NCBI GenBank assembly: GCA_036630325.1
Contig: CP142726.1
Coordinates: forward strand, 744,001 to 808,000
Length of the DNA stretch: 64,000 nt
Direction of reading: 5' to 3'
Origin: Vairimorpha necatrix
Lineage: Eukaryota
Made by a program: the position numbers and the translations under genes. The first letter of the stretch is position 1. Each line of letters starts with the position of its first letter. Of this stretch, positions 51,213 to 64,000 are shown one piece after another. The notes under the pieces are model-generated. The model had not been told where the DNA came from. It ran no database searches and worked only from the letters and a program-made list of their open reading frames with translations.

Positions 51213-53620
51213 ATGGATATTTATACAATCATAACTTTTTTATGTATTGCACAGGGAAGTAGAAATGACTATGATAATCTGCATTCATTAATAAATAAGA
51301 AAATAGAGAGTAGAGATTATAAGATGATTAACACAGAAAAAAAATATTTGAGACTCAAATTAGACACTTTGAGTGATAATAATCTTGATATTAAGATGAT
51401 ACAAAAAATGAATACCACAATATGCGAAGTAGAAAAAAAATTCAAGATCATAGATTATAATGGTGAGCCAATAGAAGCTATTGTGAGATTACTGGAAGAT
51501 AAAATAATGAATTTCTGTAATATTAATTCAAAAGATCATATAATATTAACTCATGATGCAGCATCTCAAAGTGATAACTCCAATTACATAAAAAAAATCA
51601 ATTATATAAAAAAAAAATTAACTTGGAGAGGATTGAAAATAATTTAAATCATAAAATTTTTTATACTTACATAATAACAAATTGGGAAGAATGGAATACT
51701 ATATTTGACCACCTACCGAATAGCACTGATAATTTAAGGAATAGATCTAGTTCGTTTCACACTCCTAGTTTTATAAAAAGAAATACTGAAGTGTTACTAA
51801 ATTTTTCCATATTTTTTGATGAGACCTTTTATATATTTGAAGTAAATACCAAAAAACTTGGAATAGAAGAACAATTTGATAAAATGAAAAATCGAATTGA
51901 CAATTATGACGAAACCTATAATGAAATTTGTAAACATCTTCATGAACCATACAAATCAGACAATATTGATTAGTTTGATTTATTTTACTATTCAGGTTTT
52001 GAAATATTATTTAATAAGATTAAATTGGATGATACAATCATTAATATTGATTTGGAAAGTGGTAAATTGTGGTTCGAACAAAAATATGCCGATTTTTTTA
52101 AGTGCTAAAACCAAATAGAAGTCTTAATGAAATTGAATTTAATATCGAAGAAAACATATTTCTAGATTTTTTAGAGTTTTTTAAAAGAATTAATTCAATA
52201 AAAGACGATATAGATTGTATTGTTGGTGTTGAAATGTTTTTTAAATTAATAGCATGTGACAACAAAATCGATTTTCTTCTAGATAAAATTTTTAATAATC
52301 ATGGTTCAGTCTTAAATATAATTTTTGCACATCTTTTATTAGATCAGGAAGCAATAGAAAAAGAAGAAATATCAAAAATAATTGGAAATATTGAATTAGA
52401 GGAGCTGAAAATAATAAACTTCGAGAAATATTTTTTGATATCTAAATTTTAGATATAATGAAACCACATTTATAATGAAAATGTGTTTATTAATAGAAGC
52501 AGAGAGATATATGAATGAAATGAGTTAATTGATGAATCAATATTTAGTACTTTGAAAGACATTGCAAAATTAATTGAATCAAAAAAAAATTATTGCGCAA
52601 AAAAATGATGAAAGTGAAAACAGCGACGACGATTATGACTACAGTGATGATAGTACAGGAACTACAAGCGATAACGCTGAAAAACATAATGACAATGTAA
52701 GTGAAAGTGGTTCCCCCTTATCATATGATTATCTATTGATAGATTTAATTAAAATTTATAAAGAGTTAGCACATTATCACCTAAGTAGTCTCAAAAACTC
52801 AAAAAAAATATTAGAGACTATTTCTATAGTGTAATATCATTGTTTGTTTTATCTACGAATGAAATTTATATACCTATTCGTTGTTTTTTATCAACTAAAA
52901 AGGCAGATTTTATTAGATCTTTAAATTTAACTGACGATGAAGTAAATAGGGATAATAACCTAATAAAAGAAAAATTATTAGAAATTTCCTATGGAGAAAC
53001 AAAAAGAGATACAGTAAAACGTTTAGAAGACATAATTTTAAAGCTCCAAACAGATAATAAATCGGATGATCAAGATATGAGAAATTTTTAAAATGAGGCA
53101 AAAAAAAATTTGCAAAAAGTAATAGGATCAAAAACAAAGGAGTAGTTTAAAAATACAAATACGAGGATTATATTAAAATAGTGGATCATTTGTATGATGA
53201 AGAAGTTTTTGAAAAATTTGAAAATGGTAAAAGAAGAAGAGCATTGAAAGAAGTTGAAAATATCATCTACAATACTTGGGGAATGAATTATATTTTTAAA
53301 AATAATTGATTGAGTAGACAAAAATTTGATACATGAATACAAAAATGAGGTTTTAGAAGATTTACCTCAAGAAATAAAGGCATAAATAAAGAAAAATCTG
53401 AGAAAAAATCGAGATGTTTATGTTATGCAAGCGTTTTTTCATTTTTTGAAAGTAAATCAGTAGATGATGAACAAAAAAAAAAATGTAAAAAAAATTATGA
53501 AAAAATTCGGGCATGGATGCGTAAAAAAGACCTTTATAAATTTTATAAGAACACGGAAGTACCGCCATACGATGAGTTAAAAAGGTTAGTGAAAAGTCAT
53601 GATAAACAATGAAATGGGGA
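51213..53620 (+). pseudogene. Fragmented large gene with predicted signal peptide
   Basis: Series of abutting same-strand ORFs (51192, 51623, 52102, 52574, 52840) with coding-like composition; starts MDIYTIITFLCIAQG. Confidence 0.7.
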
Positions 53621-53916
53621 AAATAAAAATTACCTTTAATTTAAGATTGAAATCTTTTCGATACTTTAAAAAACAATTTTTAATATTTTGTACATAAATG
53701 TTGTAGACTGCATTTTTACAACATGTCATTTTTTAGATAATTATTTGGATTTAAAATTAATATAGAAAGAAGAGCACAAAAAAGAAGAGAAATATGAGAA
53801 ACATATTTAAAGTAAGCAAAGAAGCCAGTAACAAAAATATTTTAGAGTGGTTTTTACTCGCCGGAGGTTAGCCCGGGATACAACAAAAGGTTATGAATAT
53901 AATATCCGTTCTTAAA

Positions 53917-54666
53917 TTTTATTTTCTTTGTAAGTAAAGGGTAGGTAGAAATCTTCATAAGGGATTTGGAGGTGATCCTTATCCAACTAATACTGTGAGA
54001 TTCTTACTCACTAAAACTCACTATGTATAACTTGCCTGTGAAACAAACTCCGCCGTATAATTGCACTTTGGCTCTGGGAGAACTTTCCCGTTTGTACCTC
54101 AAATAGTGTCTAGAGCGACCTCATGACGGATTTATCAACGTCCATGGTTTTCTATAACCTGAGGAGAGACATCATCGTACTAACTCAAGGTCCCACAATC
54201 ATCTGTTCACACACACGACTCCTTACACGTCCATATTACCGGCCACATTTTATTGACCTGCGTTGACCACGAGCCTCACTAGTTTGACCTACATGTTACA
54301 TAATCCTGTATGATTTGATATAAAAGGTTTTTAAATACCGTATTTCATTTAGTCTCTTAGTTAGTTCTAGAATGCACCAGCCATGAGTCCAACTTATCTG
54401 TACTCAGCAGATATTTTTATGTATCATTAAGTCAATACGAGAGATACTGTTTTTTCGGTCTATATGTAGATTTCTTCGCTAGGCCAATTCCCATATTACT
54501 TAACCATAAAGGCTTTATTAATCAACTTAATGATTTTCGTGGAGATTTTCATCATCTGAGTCGTTCCAACGGCATCATTGAAGGTAGAAAGCCTTTAGTC
54601 CGCCTGGGATTCGAACCTAATCATGATCGATAGAAGCTCTGCCTTCGATCATGAACTAAGAGCATC
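53917..54666 (-). mobile_element. SINE-like retroposon copy
   Basis: The reverse complement is colinear with 10343-11131; head has B-box GGTTCGAATCC (54617-54607). Confidence 0.85.
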
Positions 54667-54899
54667 TGTTTAGAGCGATCTTGGCATGAGAAAATTTGTT
54701 CATTGAGACCAAAAAATTTTATATATCTCTATGCATGTTTTTTAAGCATAATTTTGGGAAATCAAAATTTTTATTGCGTTTGGTGACATGTGCCAAAACT
54801 CTTTGGTATTAATTAACAACTTTTTTTCTATCCTATACACTAAGTATTCGTGTTATTATTTTAATTTAAGAATCTGCTATCTCCTTCCGTTAAACATAT

Positions 54900-56300
54900 A
54901 CCTTTTTTTACGTACTCTATTTTGAGGTTTCATTCGGCAAGTGTCAATACCAGCCTTACGAGTCGACTAGAAGGGGCTTTGTTTGCATGGGGTATATTGT
55001 GTCTTGTGATTAGTTCTACTTGTAAAATTCTTTCCTAATAGACAAATTCAAAAGTGATTTGTTTATTTATCGGTTAAATAATTCTTTATATGTTACTGAA
55101 AATTTTTCTTAAAATTTTGTTAGACTTTTGCTTTATATTAAAATCATTTTCTTCTACTCGTTCGTTTTCTTGCACCAAAAAAATTATATTTCAATATATG
55201 AGGTGTCCGCCATGAGTATAATTTTTTTGAAAATCAGGCTTAGTTTTAATAATACCTTCCCCATTGCTATTTTGTATTATTAAGAGCTTCTATTTATTCA
55301 CTGTGGAGATAGATCTTTTTATTTATACTATGTTTTTCTACCTTAAAATTTCCATATAAAATTGTCTGGGTTGATTTATCTTTTAAAAGCATACAAAAAT
55401 TGACAGTGCATAAAAATCCTAATAGTTATTTATAGTTATAGGTATTAAGTAGGAGTTTATTTGACTGATTCGCGCCGGTCTGCTTTTATGTCTATTTACT
55501 ATAATTTTTCTGAAAATTATAATTTCATTTTTATGGAGCATAAATTTCTATAATTTTAGATATAATTTGACGGTTTCGTTTTTTCCCAAGGCTATTTGTA
55601 AATGTTCAATGTGTTCGTCTTTGCTTTTACAATATATAGTCATATTATCTAAAAAAAATAAAATATTTTTTTTATGCATATAAAAATATTGTCTATAGCT
55701 GGCGAAATGTTGACGATACATTACAAAAATCAAATGGCAATCTAATGTATTCATAAAAACGATCACACAATGAAAAAGCTGTCATATATTTTTCTTTCTC
55801 TTCATGTGGGTTGTTGGAATATGCCTATGTCGTCTTAGATTATAAAAAATGAAGCTCTACAACAGCTATCGAAGATTTGGTAATTCTAGAGATTTATGAG
55901 TCTACACCAGAATAAAATTATATATTCTATGATATATACACATTTTCAAGATTTATCTGGGTTCTGGACCATGACGATTTTACTGCAACAAGAACTTTAC
56001 TATCTCTTATTATTCCTAGCTTGTAGCGTCAAAATTCTCTTTTTAATTGTCTTCTCTTGTACAACTTTATCTTACCATTTCTTTTGTGTTTTTTTTTTCG
56101 TTATACCTCTGTATGTTATATTCACCCGATGTACACTGATTCAATAATTCTATTTCTGTCTTGAATAAATTTTTGTATTCTTCCTCCTTTTTTATTTTAG
56201 TTAGATCGTTACAGTAATTACTTTTTCTTTAACATTTGGAAATAAATCTTTAAAAATTTTAGTAACTAATTTAAATTTTTTACCTCGGATCCCAGAAAAA
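54900..56300 (-). mobile_element. Highly degenerate Ty3/Gypsy pol relic
   Basis: Minus strand YMTAFS, and FFLDNMTIYCKSKDEHIEHL (YxDD region); boundaries approximate. Confidence 0.65.
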
Positions 56301-56423
56301 CGTATCTTGTATTATTAGTAGTGGTAATAAGAGGGGTTTTCCTGTTTGGTACAATTTTTTAGCTGGCCAAAAAATTTTAACGTGTTATTTCATGCATTTT
56401 TGACGAACTCGGAATATATATTA

Positions 56424-57556
56424 CATGGGGTTGCATTTTTTAATCCATTTTTTGAAAAAAAAAAACCTTTTTTATGCCAAGAAAAGCGAGAGCAACAGTC
56501 ACAACGCATGTTTGCAAGCACACAGAAAAACTTATTAACAAAATTAAAATATGGCTGTAAAGATATGACTACATTAGATTTGGGGTTTAAAACAGTATAG
56601 AGAATTCATTGGAAAATGTAAAACGAGACTCTGATTTTTCTAAAAGTGCGATAAATTGTTCTAAAATTTCATCTCCTCAAGTAGAAAAAAAGATTGATCT
56701 TGTTTAAAAAAATTCAAAACACTAGCAACGACATGACTTTTTGTGAAATAAAAGAAGAACTCTATACAAAAGCGAATGTTTCAATGTCGTTGTTGACTAT
56801 TCCGAGAATGTTTAAATGTTTTTAAGAAAAAGACTATCTCGAATTCCTGCAGAACGTAATTCACAGGACAAAATTCTTAAATGTGTTGAATATGCCATGA
56901 AAATATCGGTGTTTAAATTAAAAAGCTTAAATTTTTTTTTAATGAATCTGGATTTAATTCAAATACTACGAAGCATTAAGGTTTTCATATAAAAATAAAA
57001 AAGAATTATAAACATTTTTCGGAAATTGAGGCAAAAAATTTTAGTTGTCTTCGGTATGACTTATAAATCGACCCTTTTTGCATACGAAATGAAAAAAGCC
57101 CATAATATTCTGTTCTATGCATTAAGTTTATTAAAAGAGATCTTATAGATTTTTTTCTGATCAAATCCTCAAAAGATTTTAATCATGGATATTGCTAAAA
57201 TTCAAAATCCAAAAGAAGTTTTAAGCAAACATAGAGAATTAGGCATTTCTTATGTTTTTTTGTTTGCATATTCACCACGACTTTATGATATTGAAAAATT
57301 TTTTCGTTATGATAAAATCGTGGCTTTGTGCTATAAAAATCGAAATAATACAGTAGAAAAGATTTAGAACAAGTTAAACAATGTTTTTAACTTTTATATA
57401 ATAAATTCTACACTAATATAACAAGAAATGGCAAGAAAAAAAAATTTATCTAATTCAGTGAGATTGTATATTATTTTACACATTTTTCTATTGATGGTTC
57501 GTTATATATCAAATTCTATGGTTTTATAATTTTCTATTAAAAAATGCAAACCCTCG
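56424..57556 (+). mobile_element. Degenerate Tc1/mariner (IS630-like) transposon
   Basis: F.NESGFN, IMDIAKIQ and FLFAYSPRLYDIEKFF (DDE motifs). Inverted ends CATGGGGTTGCATTTTTTAAT / CGAGGGTTTGCATTTTTTAAT. Confidence 0.8.
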
Positions 57557-57659
57557 TTTTAACAGAAACTATAAATTCTAAAAAAGCCGAATTTTTCCGA
57601 GCTGGTCTATACAAAAATATTAAAAAATATATAAATTCTAAATTGTTTATTTATTTTTA

Positions 57660-59318
57660 TCACTTCTTTTTAGATTTGTTTTTGCTCGGCATACACAGCG
57701 ATTTCCTCTTTTTTACTTTACGAACATTCAGGCTGTTTGTAGTTGCGTTACTCTCAAGTTCACTAGTCATGTTTTTATTGTCTACAAATAGAGATTTATT
57801 CTCTCTGGCGTCTTCAATATCTTTCTGTTTTTGTATATTTGCATTTTGTTTGTACAATTTTTTCAAGTTTTCTATTTTAAGCTTTTCAATTAGATCATTT
57901 TTTTCTTTTAGTTTTTCTTTCTCAGTTTCTTCTTTTATTTTAGTTCGCTCTAAATTTACTCTATTCCGATCGAGTTCTTCTTTATTTTTTAAGTTGTGTT
58001 TTTGACTTTTACTGTTCTCTTTTTTTTGTTTTATTGATTTCTTTTCTTTATTACTTAGTTCTTCATAAGAATACGGTCTACTTATTCTACTATTCATAAT
58101 TTGTTCTAAAAGGGACTTGTTAGATGTTCCTGTGTTTTCATAGTTCCCTGTGTCTTTAAGTTTCTTTTTTCTTTCTGTTTCTTCTTTAAGTTTTCTTTTC
58201 TTTGCGTTGTCTGTTTCATTTTCCACACTTAAAAGGCTCTCGATTATTTTAGAATCTTGTATATAATCTTTTTCTTCTATATCTTCTAGTTTTATGTCTG
58301 TAGGTGGTTCTTTGTTTTTTCTTAAGTTTTTATTATTTGTTTTCTCTTTCTTTGCTTTTCGTTTATTACTAATAATATCCATTACATCTTGATATGATTT
58401 CCCTGTTTTCGCACTTATTTCTTGTAGATATTTAATATCTATTTCTCGGTCTCCAGATTCGTCTATTTGTTTTGTATTTACAATGTCTTTTTTAGATTTA
58501 TCTTCTTCGTTTATTTTTTCTTTCTTCTTTTCGTGTGGCTTTTCAATTTTTTTAGTATCTTCTTTTGCTGCTTCACTTGACTTTTCTTCCTCGTGTTTCT
58601 TTTTTGTTTTTTCAATTTTCTTCTTTTTATCTTTTAGTTTGTCAAGATGCGATGAGCTTGGCACTATTTCTAAATCATCTTCCTCTTCTATTTTACGCTT
58701 TAGATTTTTGTTTTTAATTGTTGGCCGCGGTGCTTCACTTTTTAATTCTAGATTACTTTTGTCTTCATCTCTAGTAATATTTATCATATCATTACTTTCT
58801 GTCTCTTCTTCTTGTTTATTAAATATCTTATTATATAACATGTCAAAGGGGGTTAATACTCTTTCATAGTCTGATACATTTAATCTCAGTCTTTCTGCCC
58901 CATATATTTCTTTAAGTTGTTTTATGACAATCTTCTTCCAGTCATTAGGAAACCCTTTACTAAATTTAGCCAATTCGTCTAAATCAAATTTGGCATGTGG
59001 CGGTTTTTTTAATATTTCGTTGCTTTCTTTTAAATAATATTTAGTATTAGCAGTGACTACCACAAAGGGCGCCTGGATACTCAAGATGGGCGAGCTTTGT
59101 ACTAATTTATTATTGTCTAGATACCCGTTTACACTAATCCAATATTTATATTTAATAAGAGGGTTATTATTCTTGACGAAGCTTATATGCCACTTACTGA
59201 GTCTCTTTTTGTTATTTCTTGTAAAGCGCTTTATTTGGGGAGTTTTTCTCCTGAAAATTGTGTAGTCTGGAAGATTTTCAAATTCTTCCTTTCTTAAAAT
59301 GTCTTCTTTTTGATTCAT
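57660..59318 (-). CDS. SANTA-domain (KNL2/M18BP1-like) protein
   Basis: 552 aa: LSKWHI..ISVNG..QSSPI..VTANTKYYL..FSKGFPNDWK followed by a Lys/Glu-rich tail; CCCCCAATG start. Confidence 0.75.
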   Translation of the reverse strand: MNQKEDILRKEEFENLPDYTIFRRKTPQIKRFTRNNKKRLSKWHISFVKNNNPLIKYKYWISVNGYLDNNKLVQSSPILSIQAPFVVVTANTKYYLKESNEILKKPPHAKFDLDELAKFSKGFPNDWKKIVIKQLKEIYGAERLRLNVSDYERVLTPFDMLYNKIFNKQEEETESNDMINITRDEDKSNLELKSEAPRPTIKNKNLKRKIEEEDDLEIVPSSSHLDKLKDKKKKIEKTKKKHEEEKSSEAAKEDTKKIEKPHEKKKEKINEEDKSKKDIVNTKQIDESGDREIDIKYLQEISAKTGKSYQDVMDIISNKRKAKKEKTNNKNLRKNKEPPTDIKLEDIEEKDYIQDSKIIESLLSVENETDNAKKRKLKEETERKKKLKDTGNYENTGTSNKSLLEQIMNSRISRPYSYEELSNKEKKSIKQKKENSKSQKHNLKNKEELDRNRVNLERTKIKEETEKEKLKEKNDLIEKLKIENLKKLYKQNANIQKQKDIEDARENKSLFVDNKNMTSELESNATTNSLNVRKVKKRKSLCMPSKNKSKKK

Positions 59319-59749
59319 TGGGGGTAAAAAAAAGGAAAATAAATAATCAGGATTGTGATTTAATGCACAGTCATAATTAAAGGAAATATATTGGAAAAGA
59401 ATATATATATATTAATTATAGAAAATTAAGCTTAAATTGTATAAGGTTTATCTTATTTAATTAAAAATGAGCTAAATAAACTCAACCAAAGATATTCTAT
59501 TTATAAAGCCATAAGCTTTAAATCCAAACAAGTTCTATAAGGTTGTTAGTTGATGATCAACAAATTCACAAATATGAGATACTTGTCCCAAGAAAGGCAT
59601 CTTGGCGTTTTAGTTTTATTTTTTACCCTCGTAATCGAAACTGACAAAACAGGGCGATCATCTTTAAAATATCCTTTGGCCTCTATAAATTTATTATTAG
59701 TTGAACTAAATGTTTAACATATTGAAAATTATACTAAGAAGATAGTAAT

Positions 59750-60030
59750 ATAATTGATTTGTATAATATCTTACTTACTAACCACTTTTCACAATATTTT
59801 CTAATAGAACTTCTGAAATCCACATTTTGGGCTCTCGAGTGCCCCCTTTAATCAAACCCATATCATATTGACATTGTTAGGCCTTCTAAAGTCATTTTAT
59901 GGATTCTTGCTTCTATTCTAATCAGAGTTCTTTGATATACGCGTGGTGGAAATTAGTTACAATTTCATCCCATGTCATTACATAAGGAATAATTTTGTAT
60001 TTGTAGAGAGAAACCACATGATTTGCAAAA
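59750..60030 (-). mobile_element. 3' fragment of RLE non-LTR retrotransposon
   Basis: 59966-60026 is near-identical to 11814-11880; degraded. Confidence 0.8.
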
Positions 60031-60303
60031 TATAAAGTAACAATTTGTTATATAGTCAAAACTTATATTAAGTGGCCTCTCTCTTACAATAATTTGATTC
60101 TTTCCGCTTCGACTTTCAAAAAACAAGGTTAAAATATTAAATTTTGACATTATTTCGTACATATAATTTTGGCCATTTTACATGTATCTGCCATTCTAAG
60201 CCTATTTTTCATATCTCTGTCTATCTTCTTCTTTTTTTTATATTGTTTATGTCATTTTTTTACCCATCAATTTTTTAAAAATCTTAAATTTTTACCCCGC
60301 CCA

Positions 60304-60771
60304 ATGTTTTTTGTAAAAGACTTCACCCACATCATTCACTTGAATTCGTGTTATCTTGGCCCAAAAATCCAGTCTCTGATTAAGGAGTATTTATACAAGA
60401 CAATAGAAGGGTCTTGTAATGATAGTGGGTATGTCGTGTCAGTTCTGGAGATTGATGATGTAAGTGAAGGAATCATAAGTCTAAACGGGCAGACAAGTTT
60501 TAAAATTAAGTATAAAGCTTTAGTTCTTAAGCCTTTTAAAGGGGAGACAATGGAGGCCTCCGTTGTGGAAATAAATAAAATGGGCGTATTTGCGTCAGTG
60601 GGTCCCCTCACTGTTTTTATTTCTAACCATCAAATCCCCAATGAAATACAAGAAGGGGGAATACTCAAAGATTCAATCGTAAGATTGAGGATTATTGGGA
60701 CAAAAATAGACTCTGTGAAAATATATGCAGTTGGTACATTAAATGATGAATATCTTGGAATTATCTCATAG
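60304..60771 (+). CDS. RPB7: RNA polymerase II subunit RPB7
   Basis: MFF..I.L..YLGP, EGSC..GYVV, LKPFKGE, NKMGVFASVGPL.VFIS, GTLNDEYLG; CCC motif before the ATG. Confidence 0.96.
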   Translation: MFFVKDFTHIIHLNSCYLGPKIQSLIKEYLYKTIEGSCNDSGYVVSVLEIDDVSEGIISLNGQTSFKIKYKALVLKPFKGETMEASVVEINKMGVFASVGPLTVFISNHQIPNEIQEGGILKDSIVRLRIIGTKIDSVKIYAVGTLNDEYLGIIS

Positions 60772-61052
60772 AATTATAGCATATAATTAAATTTATAACT
60801 TTATAAAATATGCATTTTTTATACATCATTTTTACATATTTGCAATTCCAAGACCATCTTGGATCTCTTACTAAGATATATTTGTAAGAGATCTTTAAAT
60901 AATCAAAAATCATCTTAAAGTCATTTAGATGTAAACATAATCACATCAATGTACAAAATCCAGATAAATGGCTTACATCATTGGGTCTCATTTAATTCCG
61001 TATTAGATCTTTTTCTTAGTTATATCTGAAATAAATTAGATCATAATTTATA

Positions 61053-61080
61053 CTACGATGATGTCTCTCCTCGGGTCATA
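61053..61080 (+). repeat. Short fragment of the SINE-like family
   Basis: TACGATGATGTCTCTCCTCGGGT is identical to 10858-10880. Confidence 0.75.
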
Positions 61081-61223
61081 TGATATTTGCTTTTTATATT
61101 TTATTAACATATCTACTTTTTCTAGAGTTCATTTGACCTTGTTAATTCGACATTATGTAAATTTCTCGTCTCTTCTTCTTCTTTCATGCATGAAATTTTT
61201 CTTTTTTTGCCCCTTTTTTATAA

Positions 61224-62873
61224 ATGGAAGATAAAAACACAAATTTAGACGTACTAGAACTTTCTTATCTAGAACTAAAATACTGGATAGAAAACTCTCT
61301 GGATCTTTTTAAAAATGATCTTCTTCCTTTACTATATCCTCTTTACATCCACATTTACTTCGACTTAATACAACAAAATAAGCCAGAAGAAGCGCGAAAA
61401 TTTTTTAAGAAATATTTAAAAGACCACGAAAGTAAAAAACAAGAATTAAAATATTTCGAGAGTATTTACACTCCCCAACATATTCACGAAAATAATCTGG
61501 CGCACACATTCAGGACTTCGAAATATTACCTGCCTATGGGTAGATACGCCTTTGATCTTTTATTAAATTTCTTGGAGGAAAACAACTTCACTTACATTTT
61601 GAAAGTACTAAACCAATATTTGAATATTAAGATTTATACTGGTGTAAAAAATGAAGATATTCCTCAGGGTATTGATGTATCAACAGGAGATGAAGAATTA
61701 GACTTGACTACTTTTTTAGTATCAAAAGAATGCGAAGATGCGATTTTAGTAGATGAACAATATAAATATGATCATTTAGAGGCCTACGCTATACAACTGA
61801 AGAAACAAAGAGAACTAAAAGAGTCAGACACTTTGAACAGACCAAATGCCTCACAGATAAATGCGGAAATAGAGAAACTTAAAGATTTGTGTAAGCGAGT
61901 CTCAGTAAATAAAAATAATCTGCCTAGTATTTGTTGCTACACTTTACACAACACGTACGAAGGATTAACAAGTCTTGATATTTCAAATGACTCGAAAATG
62001 ATGGCCTGTGGATTTAAAGACAGTTTTATAGACATATTTTCATTAACAAAAGAGCCATTGAGAAAATTAAAGAAGTCTAGTGAATTGGCGAAATCTGATA
62101 TAAAAACGGGAACAGAAGAGAAATTTGAAGAAGTTGGCTTTTCTTATAGGCTTGTAGGTCATGCGGGGCCTGTGTATGGGGTCAAGTTTTTTTCTTCTAA
62201 TAAGTTTTTACTGTCTTGCTCACAGGATTGTACTGTAAAACTGTGGAGTTTGGACTTATTGGCGCCTGTTGGTGTCTACAAATCTCATGTTTTTCCTATT
62301 TGGACTGTGGATGTCGCGCCAAATGACTTTTATTTCGCAAGTGGGTCGTCTGATAGACAAGCAGTCATTTGGTCAATGACAGGCGACAAACCAGAAAGGC
62401 TGATAGTCACGGCATTGAGTGATGTGACAACAGTGAAATTCCATCCTAATTGTAAATATCTCTTTACTGGGTCTGCTGATCATAAAATCAGACTACACGA
62501 CGTATCAAATGCACAACTTGTTAGAACCTTTCATGGGCACACTGACACGATAACTTGCCTTGATATTTCTCACTGTGGGAAATTATTAGTGTCAGGCAGT
62601 AAAGATAAACACATAATATTATGGGATATACAAAATGGAAAGAGTCTAATTAAATATGCTGGACATGATAGCACAGTATTTTCAGTGTCATTTAGTTGGT
62701 ATGGGACTATTATTGCTTCATCTGGTGCTGATAATTGTGTCAAATTATGGGACAAGACTGACCCGAAAGGAATATGTGTAGGAACATATTACACGAAGAA
62801 TACGCCACTATATGGTGTCAAATTTGGATACAGAAACATAATCTCGACAGCTGGACCATTTATTGGGGGATAA
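61224..62873 (+). CDS. TAF5: TFIID subunit TAF5
   Basis: NTD2 (WIENSLD.FK..L..LLYPLYIH.Y), LPSICCYT, and WD40 repeats (LVGHAGPVY, FHPN, GHTD..T). Confidence 0.96.
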   Translation: MEDKNTNLDVLELSYLELKYWIENSLDLFKNDLLPLLYPLYIHIYFDLIQQNKPEEARKFFKKYLKDHESKKQELKYFESIYTPQHIHENNLAHTFRTSKYYLPMGRYAFDLLLNFLEENNFTYILKVLNQYLNIKIYTGVKNEDIPQGIDVSTGDEELDLTTFLVSKECEDAILVDEQYKYDHLEAYAIQLKKQRELKESDTLNRPNASQINAEIEKLKDLCKRVSVNKNNLPSICCYTLHNTYEGLTSLDISNDSKMMACGFKDSFIDIFSLTKEPLRKLKKSSELAKSDIKTGTEEKFEEVGFSYRLVGHAGPVYGVKFFSSNKFLLSCSQDCTVKLWSLDLLAPVGVYKSHVFPIWTVDVAPNDFYFASGSSDRQAVIWSMTGDKPERLIVTALSDVTTVKFHPNCKYLFTGSADHKIRLHDVSNAQLVRTFHGHTDTITCLDISHCGKLLVSGSKDKHIILWDIQNGKSLIKYAGHDSTVFSVSFSWYGTIIASSGADNCVKLWDKTDPKGICVGTYYTKNTPLYGVKFGYRNIISTAGPFIGG

Positions 62874-63212
62874 TGAGAACTAGAAGCCAATTAAATTTAA
62901 TTTATACTAAATTGCATATATTTTTTGTGTAAATAAAAGAGAACATTCTTTGACGACACGAAATAAAATTCTCAATATGTAAAATAATTTATATAGAACA
63001 TTATTCTAACTTATAGCAACTATTTGATTCACTTAATTCTCAAATAATAATATATCAAGTGGTATTACACTCATAGTAATATTATATTTCATTTAAATAT
63101 TTCCAATATAACATAATTTTATATCATGTGCAATTATGAGTATCGAAAATTTTAACAAATTAATATTTGTCTCTTTATCAAAATCTCTTAGGATTTTTTA
63201 ATAAGCTTCATA

Positions 63213-63240
63213 GCTATACTTCGTCTAGTCTCTTAATTAC
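63213..63240 (-). repeat. Short fragment of the SINE-like family
   Basis: TAATTAAGAGACTAGACGAAGTA is shared with 45522-45544; its last 19 nt match 10670-10688. Confidence 0.7.
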
Positions 63241-64000
63241 CCCTAAGATGCCGCGCAAAATGATCTTGCCACGACTCTTTGTTACTATTTGGTAGAAAGA
63301 TATTCTGTTGAGGTTAATTGATTTCTAAGCTTGGGATGATTTCTAAACTGGGTGTAAATTTCATTGTACCAGATGTGACACATTAATAAATCTATTTGAC
63401 GATTTTACAAAATAGAATTGGTCTGTTCTTACTCATCATTTACAAAGATTTAGAGTTTTGTAATGTATTTAGTTTCTTTATATTTATTACATTTCTTTTT
63501 CCTTCTATTTTTTCAGGATTATTTAATTTAGTTCTTATTTTATCCCTCATTTTATGAAGTCTGATTTATTAACCCCATATACTGCAATATCTTTACTAGT
63601 TACTACAATGCTGGGCACTGGTATAACTTTCATGCCCTATGCTTTTAACTCTATAGGCTATAATTTCTCATTCTTAATTCTAATCTTCGTATCTTTTTGC
63701 ACTTTCATTTCTCTTCTTTGTATATCTCATGTTGTAAAAATCTCTCCTTTAAAGAAACATACTTATCTTTCTATAAGTAAAGATATATCAAAATTTATGT
63801 ATTATTTCGTCAACATATCATTATTTTGTAATTGTTTCTTTTCTAATGTATCTTTTTACAGATTTCTTACTGATATTCTTATTGAAATATTCCCATTTTC
63901 TAAGTGGCTAAAATTAGATCAAGAATATACTCGAAAAATAATCGCTCTTTTGATCTCGCCACTTTTACTTTATTTGAGTCTTAAAAAAGATCTAGTAAAT

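Noticed and set aside
57544-59265. Antisense ORFs over real genes (also 6894, 29273, 38587, 39885, 42727, 47391, 60351)
   Set aside because: Shadow frames of the coding strand.
63420-63920. Degenerate retroelement or gene relic on the minus strand
   Set aside because: Purine-biased, but no motif could be assigned with confidence.

Overview
AT-rich eukaryotic DNA, very probably from a microsporidian of the Nosema/Vairimorpha type (inference). The evidence is compact intronless core genes with the CCC motif just before the ATG. Core genes sit in small islands: an E2 ubiquitin-conjugating enzyme, a Brix protein, a septin, Derlin, SPT5, RPB7, TAF5 and two SANTA-domain/KNL2-like paralogs. Between the islands is accessory DNA with seven members of one signal-peptide gene family (several broken) and many transposon relics: Ty3/Gypsy, piggyBac, Tc1/mariner, three Merlin elements and RLE-type non-LTR fragments, one inserted in a (TA)n tract. 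The most notable unannotated feature is a non-coding retroposed family of about 700-790 nt with a tRNA-like head and poly(A) tail. It has six near-complete copies plus fragments, and two insertions keep their target-site duplications. Divergent copies retain exact sequence islands and one compensatory stem change, suggesting a long structured SINE-like RNA. All calls come from reading motifs by eye; no database searches or folding programs were run.
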